Shown: piece by piece, positions 1-9,108 of the stretch | How positions within the stretch are numbered: the stretch's first letter is position 1 | Layout of the letters: each line of letters opens with the position of its first letter | Source of the DNA: Catajapyx aquilonaris | Taxonomy: Eukaryota | Reading direction: 5' to 3' | DNA length: 20,000 nucleotides | Assembly: GCA_000934665.2 (NCBI GenBank) | Contig: KZ538437.1 | Location: 50,315-70,314, forward strand | Program-made: the position numbers and the translations under genes | The notes under the pieces: model-generated | What the model saw: only the letters and a program-made list of their open reading frames with translations | Told to the model about the DNA's origin: nothing | Databases searched by the model: none

Positions 1-129
1 GGACTAGGGGAAAGCAGCTAGATTGGACGTCTTTTGCGGCCATGTCAAGGGGAAGGGTCCCTGCAGGCCGGTTACTCTCGTCTGAGTCGCGGTTTGGGCG
101 ACACGTGTGAAGGTGAAGGCCCAAAATGG

Positions 130-590
130 CCATTTGAAGTTGGGGGAGTCGACTAAGAGGCGATTTTCGGCCAACAGCTATTGCGACTCGAAAGTAGCTG
201 TGATTAGTAGCAGTTGCTTTTTTTTAAGCAATAATACATGAAAACTACTTTGCGTTTAAATGTAAGTGTGTGTCAGTCTAGTTGAAGGTTGACCACAACC
301 AAGAGAAACAACAGTTACGATAAGTAAATATGACTCTTTGAGGTTGAAAATGCGATTTTCGGCCCATAGCTACTGCGATTCGAAAGTAGCAGTGATTTGA
401 GCTGTACCTTACTGCCGTAACTTGAAAAATCCTTTACAGTATGTGTATGTCAACTTGAAGGTTGACAAGAACCAGTTTAAAGGGAAATAACAGTTATGAC
501 AAGTGATTGGGGCCCTTTGAAGTTTGGGAGGCGATTTTCGGCCAACAGAACCTCGACTCAAAAGTAGCAGTGATTAGTAGCAGTGCGTTT
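130..590. repeat. Diverged tandem repeat, ~180-190-bp unit, ~2.5 copies (satellite-like or internal to a transposon)
   Basis: The block GCGATTTTCGGCC...CGA(C/T)TC(G/A)AAAGTAGC(T/A)GTGATT starts at 160, 352 and 531 (periods 192 and 179). TTGAAGGTTGAC and AACAGTTA also recur in register. Confidence 0.85.
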
Positions 591-1723
591 TTGAGATGTA
601 TTAATTTTCGAGCGTAGGCTGCCACTTTGGCTTATTTTAACGCTGTTTTTCAGTAGTAGCGACTACATTGCTGGCACGAAATTTCCATCTTTAAACCACC
701 TTGAATTATTTTCAAGCCGAATCTGCTCTCTCCGTCTCCTTCAGTGCCCTTGACACTTACAGCCATATATTATACATGCGGAGGACTAATGAAATGGCGG
801 ACTGCATTTGCGGTTGGATCGTCACTTCTTTTCCTTTTCATCATAGAGGTAGGCACCTTTATTGATGAGATTCCTCCAAGCCCCTTCTTCCTTTCCCCGG
901 TTCCAGATAAAACTGGTTGGAAGGATTTACATTAAAATTTGTCAGAGACGAGAGGAGGTGGGTTGAGGAGACGAAAAGGGGGAAAGATTATTTCTATCGC
1001 GACGAAAAACGCAGTTTGTTGGAAGGAGGGAAAAGTTAGGGGGGGAAGACATCCTTTCTTATGATAACGAGCAGTCTGGTAACTGCAGCTAAAATGAGAT
1101 ATTTCTCTCTTGAATGGTCTCTAGGACCGGTTTTGCAATATGCAAGATACATACCCACGCATTATCTGGTCGGATTACAAAAAGGTTGCATATTCACCTG
1201 ACGTATTTCAACAATTGAAATCGTGAATATTGAAATTATTTGTTGTAGAGAAAGCTTCATAAAATTCATGCATTTTCCTATTAGCTTACAGCCATTTGAT
1301 GTTATTATAAGCAGAATCTGATTTTTTTAAACCAGTTGATCCAAAGCATTGTTGGATTGTTGGATAATCTCGGCACAGGATTGGATACAATATCTGAGAG
1401 TTTGCAGCACCTCCATTTTTTAAAGTTGGTGGCCTGGACCCAACTTTGGACAGGCTCATCGAACACTTGCGAACTGGTTCCCAAAGGGATGGGGGAAAGC
1501 TTTCTAAACTCCGGAGACGCGTCGGGGAAGAGGATTGGAAGTCTAATCCCTTGGATCCGTTGTGGTCTTGCTTTCGGGGTTCTCCAAAAAAGCAGATCGA
1601 TGACGAACAGGTATCCGAGCAAAGGACACCACCGGATTACATTGCAATAATCACGACCGAATTCGTGTTAGGGCGTCTCCGAGGTCGTTTTCAAGAGCAA
1701 GCAAAATCTGACGTTGAAGGATC

Positions 1724-1952
1724 GGTTAGGTTAGGTTAGGTTAGGTTAGGTTCGGTCGGGTTCGGTTAGGTTTTGGTTCCCTAAGAGTTAGGATGGGTTA
1801 GGTTAGGTTAGGTCGGGTTCGGTTAGATTTTGGTTCCCTAAGAGTTAGGATGGGTTAGGTTAGATACCCTTACCTAACCCACCATAAACCTGAGGGAACC
1901 CAAACCTAACATAACATAACATAGGTTAGGATTAGTGTAGTGTTAGGTTAGG
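1724..1952. repeat. Interstitial TTAGG-derived cassette: (TTAGG)5, two direct 53-bp units and an inverted partial copy
   Basis: Perfect TTAGG x5 at 1726-1750. The unit GGTCGGGTTCGGTTAG(G/A)TTTTGGTTCCCTAAGAGTTAGGATGGGTTAGGTTAG occurs at 1754-1806 and 1811-1863 (52/53 identical). A diverged reverse-complement copy, CCTAACCCACCATAAACCTGAGGGAACCCAAACCTAAC, lies at 1873-1910. Confidence 0.9.
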
Positions 1953-2319
1953 ACATGTCCTAAGTGATTCTAAGATACAGTTCACTTGATTTATATGATA
2001 ATGTACAGGACTATGATCTACCGGCCATTTTCTCGATTCTTCCAATAACAAAATGTTCCACTCCATTCGAGCTTATTCCTCTCCAAATTCTTGGCCACAG
2101 CCTCCTAAGCTCCAGCCATGTTCTTATTTATGTTCACATAAATATGAATTCCTGCGAGGACCCCAGGGGGTTTTACCTCCTTTAAGGAGAATGAGCTCCC
2201 GGAGAAGACACGTCGCCCTGGGAATATTAATATTACGGGAGACGGTTATGCGGACGGGAATAATGAGATTGCTGGCGTGCTTTGGAGACTTTGCTGGTCA
2301 AGCACTTTTTAAAAGTAAA

Positions 2320-2865
2320 ATCAGGTAAAATCGGGATGATATACGGGCATATTTCTCTCTAGCGGTTTGCCAGATTCATAAGGGTGCTGAAATGAGTGTA
2401 GTTGGCTCGCATTAATAGGCCATAACTCATCTCTGGGTTGGTATGGAGGGCTACATGGTATAACGTGCGTGGTTTTGAATGTTATGTCATACCCATCTTT
2501 CGACTTAACGGGGATCCTCTTTTGTCCGCATATTGCTGGTTTTACGATGCGTGCATGTCGGGTGTGAGATGTACGAAACTTTGCCAAGTATGGAGGGACA
2601 CTATTGTTTCGTACGGCGATGCGGACATGCCGTGACTTTGTTTAAAGCTGTTTAAATATCTGGAAGCCGTTAAAATGTGGCGGATTTTTTTGAGGGTGGG
2701 GGGGGGGATTAGCTTCCGGGAGTTTTAAATATTTTATGCGATTATCGGTTTGCGGGCGCAGTCTTTTCAGCTGATAGTTTTTTAATGCGGCGTAATGCAA
2801 ACCCCAACAGCTATATTTGGGTTGCGAGTCGGATTTTACGAGCAAAAGTTATGTGAAGTTTTACT
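2320..2865. mobile_element. Possible decayed non-autonomous DNA transposon fragment
   Basis: CpG-richer block carrying GCCATAACT, GAAACTTTG and AAAAGTTATG motifs, which are often seen inside invertebrate non-autonomous elements. No termini or TSD found. Confidence 0.2.
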
Positions 2866-3950
2866 GGTTCTGAAACAATGTTTTCAGTATAGGCTACCAT
2901 AAGCAAAAGAGTAAATGCACACTGCTAAATGTTAACTAATATTAACCGGCCAAACTTAATAAACGCTGGCCATTAACGCGTTCAAACGATTTACTCTCAA
3001 TTTCTCCATGTACCGACACGATTTTGATGCTTTACCACAGATTACCAGTACCGACATGTCACATTTGATAGAACACATCATTTTACACTCGGCCACACCG
3101 CTCATTAACACACCGGCGGTTACAGTGCGAATAAATAGCTCCCCTGTTATGCATGAAGGTATAGTCACATTTGTCACCATAGTGTGACACGAGTGGCTAA
3201 GCCTCCAGCAAGAAAGGGTTAGATGACCTACGTTTTTTTTAACTAAAAAAATACCCAGATGATTTGCCAAAATCTGAACTCATTTGTCGGAGCTGCGAGT
3301 TCACGCTCAGGGTCTTTTTGACAGCCGGAGTTTTGCTGAGTGTATACCCATGGGTCGTGTGAATGCATCCGGACACACAGGTGCAGTGGTGGTGAACCGA
3401 GGTGATTTATACGTGGCGACATTTTCCGCGTTATGAACGTGCGGTCGTGACGGTTTTGTGCGCCTGGGATGCAAGCCGCACGTAATACACGAGAGTCGCG
3501 TGGGTTACATGTCAGCAAGGATGAGACATTGCCAAAAATATTCGCAATGTACTGTATATGCCTGCAAAATATACACACTATTTACTTTATAGGCCCTATA
3601 TATTTTTTTGTTACAGATGATTTCATGAATCTCAAGCAAACGGTTAAAAATGTCAAGGAATTGCGAAACACACTGTACTGTACTAAGCCAATGTATACAC
3701 ATTCAAAGATGCCTTTATAGAGTGTGTAAGCTCCATTACCTTAGGCGAGCAGTTCATTTTACGCTCCACTGGCAGAAAGGAAATTATTATCTCCTCATTT
3801 CTATTGCGTTTGCCGCTTTATCTCCAGGGAAATCCTCATACTAGTTCTCTTCTTGCCAATGTAAAGTGTGCGTGTGCAAACCTCATTCGCAAAAAGGCTT
3901 CCTGAGATGCCATGCAAATATTCGACGTATCAAATTATTAGGCGGCTAGG

Positions 3951-4107
3951 AAATTCCTGGTTGGTTAACCGCTCATTGCAATATTGCTCGTACGCCAAAG
4001 TTCACAATCAAACCGTAAGATAGCCCTTAATATCATTGAAATTAACCCATACGTCAAGTAAATTCCAGACGTGGTTAACCGCTGGAGATGACCATTGCAA
4101 TATTGCT
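3951..4107. repeat. Short imperfect direct duplication built of palindromes
   Basis: AAATTCC...TGGTTAACCGCT...CATTGCAATATTGCT at 3951-3988 and 4060-4107. Confidence 0.7.
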
Positions 4108-5202
4108 TTACATACGCAGCAGCAGGCTGTCAGTCATCCAATAGTAATTATGAAGCATTCTGATCCTTCTTGATTAAATACGGCTCCGGCACAAAAACCA
4201 ACAATTGCGTAATGAAGTGGCAGGTCTCCATTTCCAATTCTTGAAGCAATTCTTTTTTTTTTGCTGTTGCTTATTTGGCCAGATGGTATCCATCCCATCT
4301 GAAGGCCCGAAAATGGCCGGTCCCTGGACAAAGGATCCCTCTGGCATGGAGCCATACGTACAGTTCGCATCCTGAAGCATTCATCTTCACTTTCCATCGG
4401 CGCCGAGAGCGTCTTATTATTCGGCGCCGAGATGAAGGAATTGCTGGGGTGGAGGCGAGGAATAATATTCATCTCTCTCTCTCTCTGCTCTTTTGGCGGG
4501 GAGGTTTCAACAAAGAGCAAAAGCCCGAGCACAACCTCCATTATGCGCCTTTCCCCTTAATTACGGCTGTCAGTTAATTATTGTTGCTCGAGCGAAACGG
4601 AATTTCGCCAATTGGCGAAGGTCATGGCTTCATCTGATAATTGGTTCTGCCAGAAGCATTACGAAAACATTATCATACGTGCTTGCATATTTAATTGCGC
4701 GAACTGTGTTGCGCACTCGGTTGCGCTCATTTAAAAAAATAATGTCACCTTTGAATATTTTGTGTGTGAATAATATTTAACTCTTAAGTTTTGGTCAGAC
4801 ATCACGTGCGACACATGTCACATGTTTAGAGAATGGAGACATGATAATCCCATTGCATGATTAGGGCCATCATGTGGGTCGGTTTCATTATTAAGCCTAC
4901 CCCACACCATCCCCCACATCCGATGTTAAAATAGCTGCCAGAATCCAATTTGCTGCATTGTTAACCAGCTTCGAAACGGAAATTATGCTAACGATTCAAA
5001 CAACGAGAACATAGTTGTCATCATTGAGTGGTATGCCCCATATGGTGGATGGACATTCACGCAGGTTGCATAAGTACAAGGTGCACTTTATTTTTTTTTA
5101 AGAATCTTCACAATTTTTTTAAAAAATGAATGTCGACGCGTTTGCCGCACCGGTCACCCACTTGCTGTCTCCAAATATTTGTCCCGAAATGCATTAGACT
5201 AA

Positions 5203-5300
5203 CGACTCGGTGTAAACAGCGCTCTCACCGCGAAAGCCTTGGGAATTTGTAACCTGCTTTGTGAACATGTCTCGTTGAAAGCAGTTGTCACAGCGAGTCG
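5203..5300. repeat. Degenerate inverted repeat (possible old MITE)
   Basis: CGACTCGGTGTAAACAGCGCTCTCACCGCGA aligns to the reverse complement of the segment ending at 5300 (CGACTCGCTGTGACAACTGCTTTCAACGAGA), about 25/34 with gaps. Confidence 0.35.
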
Positions 5301-5822
5301 CTTAAATTAGACGACCGTAATCGTATATGCCCAGGCTCCTGGGGTACGTTTCCCGTCCCAAGGCACGACCTGTCATGACTTGTAAGAAGGGGTATTTGCA
5401 CGCTGGAAAAGGTCCGGCATTGTTGCACTGCAGTAACGAACAGAGAATTGAATCCATAAATCATTTTGCATGTTATTTTTTAATGGGTCGGAATAAAGCG
5501 GGAGGTCGGATTCCTTTAATAGTTGATTGCATTTGCGTTTCAAAAAAGCAACGTTTTTTTCCCATAGTGTTTCAAGTGGCTTCATAGTCGCATATTGTGA
5601 ATGCGGGAAGCACAAATTGCATAGTAATGAGCCTGGCGAGAGATGATGGAGCACGTACATCGCTCATTAATCTTCGTCATTTGCAAATGTAACGATGTGT
5701 TGGACTGGAGAGAAAGTGGTACCGTTTGTACTGTACATGCGGTTTGGTTCGAGCTTCGGAGGAACTTTGCAGACCGCTTGTGCCACCTGAAGTTAGTGTT
5801 GATTGGATTCACAGAGAGAGAA

Positions 5823-6338
5823 AAAATCCTGAAGTACATCATTTCATTCACTTGCCAACTTCAAACTGGGACAGGTGAATAATATTTCACTTTATTCATG
5901 CTAATGCATAAATATATGCATTGAGTGCATTTCGAAATGCACACTTTGAATTTTAACATGCATTAGCAGCTAATGCACATATGATGTGAGTAATATATGC
6001 ATTTCATGGATTTTTAAATTAGCATAATATGTGCATTTTTCTATTCAAAGTGTGTATTTCAAAATGCATTATACAGGGTGTCTCAACTTTTTTGTCCGAA
6101 CAGTTATCGGAAAAGCCTATGTAGCCAGAATATGCCCCAACATTCCTGGGACATCCCTCAACTGATAAAGCCAGGGAAGAATCACTGGTTGCAAGTCACT
6201 GCTAAAAATAAGCAGCTTAGTGCAATATTTCCAATAATTGTTCGGACAAAAAAGCTGAGACACCCTGTATAGCATGAATAAATAAATAATTCACCAATCC
6301 CAGTTGGCACGTGAATAAAATGATGAACTCCGGGTTTT
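5823..6338. mobile_element. Older foldback/MITE element with long diverged inverted arms, interrupted by a younger MITE
   Basis: The left arm CATCATTTCATTCACTTGCCAACT...GGTGAAT...TTTATTCATGCTAATGCAT matches the reverse complement of 6270-6334. The inner TGCATTTCGAAATGCACACTTTGAAT (5926-5951) matches the reverse complement of ~6043-6068 at 24/26. Confidence 0.8.
6072..6269. mobile_element. Tc1/mariner-type MITE (TACAGGGTG...CACCCTGTA)
   Basis: 40-bp TIRs at 6074-6113 and 6228-6267 are 37/40 identical. TATA flanks both sides. No coding capacity. Confidence 0.92.
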
Positions 6339-6626
6339 CAATGAAAGGGGTGTCATTCAGAACACCTTTTTTATAAAGAAATAATTTTATTGCTTATTAA
6401 TTTTATTAATTTTAATTTAATAACCTCTGAGAGATTTTCATTCATTAAAAATAAAAATAATTGTTTCAGTTCATTTTCTTACATATTAAGCAATTTCGAG
6501 GCTTCACCAAATTCGAATTAAATTTCTGTGTAAGTCCACAACGTAACTCTTCCAAACTTAATTGTCTAATAAAATGTTCATCCACGTTATCTTTGCGCCA
6601 AATGATCCGGATCTGTGATGGCTCGA

Positions 6627-6698
6627 CCACTCCCTTATGATTAACCGCCCTCCCTCTGTGGCCAGAATGACAATAGAGGGATCCTTAAAAGGGAGTGG
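6627..6698. other. 72-nt imperfect hairpin
   Basis: CCACTCCCTT/AAGGGAGTGG outer stem of 10 bp, TTAA/TTAA, TCCCTCTGT/ATAGAGGGA inner stem and a small GAA loop. Confidence 0.55.
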
Positions 6699-6793
6699 CA
6701 TACAAAGTTCAACCTGGAGATGCTCTTTTACCCTGCTGGGTGCATCCTAAAGTATGTCTGGTTGATAAAAAAAAATAGTCAAGGAGAGACCTA

Positions 6794-6887
6794 CAAGGTG
6801 AGTCAGAACTCACTCATCTATCTACAAAACAATATTGGTGCGTACAGTACAGGCTTTGCTTTTGGGGGCTAGTTTTGACTCACCCTG
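6794..6887. mobile_element. 94-bp mini Tc1/mariner-type MITE
   Basis: CAAGGTGAGTCAGAACT (6794-6810) versus the reverse complement of 6871-6887 (CAGGGTGAGTCAAAACT), 15/17. TA at 6792-6793 and 6888-6889. Confidence 0.75.
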
Positions 6888-7087
6888 TACAACAAGAGTG
6901 TGCTTTCTCATTGGTGTAGAAAAGCAGGCGGTCGGCAATCGGCGGTCTGTGTGTGTCTGCCTTCAGAAAAAAAAACCCTAAGGAATTCTTCTATGGCTGA
7001 TGCACTGCAATTACGGGATGGAAAGCGTTAGAAGAGGAAATGGGATTGGGTCCTTGACATTTTTTTTTCTTTCCTTCTTCTTTCCAG

Positions 7088-7234
7088 GTATACCCTTGCG
7101 ATACTTGGCGGTTGAAGAAGGAACCGGAATCGACTTCGGAGTAATATCTTCAAGTTTCTCAGGAGACTCCTTGGCTGTGCATTTTGGGGAACAAGGAGTG
7201 TGTATTGTGGCCGAAATGAACAATTCGTGCAAAG
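7088..7234 (+). other. Candidate internal exon (147 nt, phase 1-1), product unknown
   Basis: Branch-like CTTGAC at ~7053, a pure pyrimidine tract at 7060-7085 ending in CAG, and donor AAG|GTTAGT. The frame is open throughout (IPLRYLAVEEG...NNSCK). No recognisable domain. Confidence 0.3.
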
Positions 7235-8039
7235 GTTAGTAGTATTCTGGGGGCTGTATACTACATCCAAATGTTCCACATTAATTATACTACAGGATTT
7301 AATTGGCGGTAAGCAGCTTTTGAGATTTGGTTTGGTGCAGAATTACTCGCAAATATTTTTAAGAACTGTCTTAATTCTCCGCAGTTTGCAGCAAACCCTG
7401 TCCTTTTTTCATGTCACGTATAAAGTTCTCATGACCCCCCCTGCAGGCAGACACAGATCTGAAAAATGGAGGAAGCTCTCCCACTGATCAATATGCATAC
7501 ACCATTTTGGGAGGGCGACCCTCAAGACTTAGCTCCTTCCGGACTCATTACCGGAAGATTTATGGCGGCTTTTCTCTGGATTTCATTTTCCACTGAAACA
7601 ACGTCGCAACTGTTGTGCAAATAAACTGGGCGTGATGGAGCTTGGGTGTTGGGTGTGGGTTTATATTATATGGCCCCCTTGACTTGTCTCGGAGAGGCTG
7701 TAAAGGACAACTCTCGAACTAATTCGAAGTTTAGCAAACGGTTTAAATAGAATGGGAACGCTAGTGACGTAATCATAAGAGGCAAATATTCTGTACGCTC
7801 CTGCTGTGTAATTAAGTTTCTTTGAGGTATAGTGCTTGCCAGGTGCTTGCCAGGCGTACAATGAAGCCAACGAAGTGCAGACGCTAAGTTGGTTTGGGGC
7901 AAGGTCATGCCAGCGACCTTAGGTCTGTACAGTATATGACACACCTTTCATGCGGATAAGGTTACCTGAATTTATGCAAATTGAACTGCACTTCCAAGTT
8001 AATAGCAGACCTGTTGAGATGAATAGTGTGCTAAAGGAA

Positions 8040-8335
8040 TATTATTTTCATTGTTAATAAGTAAATTAAAGAAATTATTAATAAATTTAAACACACGTAA
8101 TAAAGCTAACAAATAAAATAAAATAACTAATTGAATGAAACTGAATTAAATTATAAGTTATATTGAATTAAATAGCATCAGAGCATACAGTACTTGAATA
8201 AAATTGAATAACTACTTATAATTGAATAAATCGAATAAATTAATAATCAAACAAACACACAAATAAATAAAATGTCATTTAAGCTGCAGTTCTGGCTCAT
8301 GTGTTGGGCTATTTATAATTAAATCATAATTATAT
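8040..8335. repeat. AT-rich low-complexity tract (AAAT/TGAAT/AATT-rich)
   Basis: Repeated AAATAA, TTGAAT and AATTAA words with very low GC. Confidence 0.7.
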
Positions 8336-9037
8336 GTCCCGTAGGCTAATTTGTAACGCTTCGTTACGTTTTAGGTGATCCAAATCCACTCGACCAAATC
8401 ACATTTAAATCTGACATTTGACCCACTCTGATGCATGGTTCCAAAATTAGTACCGAATTCAAAACCAGTTTCCCTCCCCCCCCCNCCCCCAAAAAAAACG
8501 ACTCGAGCATATTCCTGTGCCCAAATCCAAACAGCCAAGTCTGTGTGGGTCGAGGAGGTGAAGCAAAAAGCTTTTCCCCGGTCGGTGAGAAACTCTGGAC
8601 AAACGAGGCCCGACAGGTCGTCTGTGAACCCGAAAATATAGAGCCTCTCGGAAAAGGCCATTTTCTGCTCCTCCTTCCTGCTGCACAGGGTGTGGGAATA
8701 AAAAAGAAAAAAAAAGAAAAGGAAAAAAAAGAGAAGGAGACAACCCCCTCCCTCCCTAAGATTTTACTGATGTCTCGAGGATTTCAAAGTACTTTCTAGG
8801 GACTGGAGACAGTGGCCATGTTTCTACGTCTTTCCATTTTCTGAAATTTGCAGTCTGTTTTTCTGAGGTGATAAAACTGGAGTGGATTCAATATAATGTG
8901 GTAATGCAATGTTATGGATTTTGTAGCAAGTTGAACATATTGACATTAAAGAAATAACTTGAAACATATGAAATCCAATACTACTTTATGCAAATAATTC
9001 TGATGTGACTAATATTTGTCTTCATGATTTGTCTTCG

Positions 9038-9108
9038 ATCGAAAATCGACATCGGAAATATCCTGCTCAACGAACTGGAAATTGACAAATCGAAAATCGA
9101 TTTTCGAT
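9038..9108. repeat. ATCGA-rich cluster with a perfect 20-bp palindrome
   Basis: ATCGAAAATCGATTTTCGAT at 9089-9108 is self-complementary. ATCGAAAATCGA also occurs at 9038-9049. Confidence 0.75.

Noticed and set aside
130..590. CRISPR-like repeat-spacer array
   Set aside because: The period is ~185 bp, the linkers are homologous to each other, there are no cas genes, and the context is eukaryotic.
7832..7853. Tandem 11-mer GTGCTTGCCAG x2 as an excision footprint
   Set aside because: It cannot be told apart from a simple slippage duplication.
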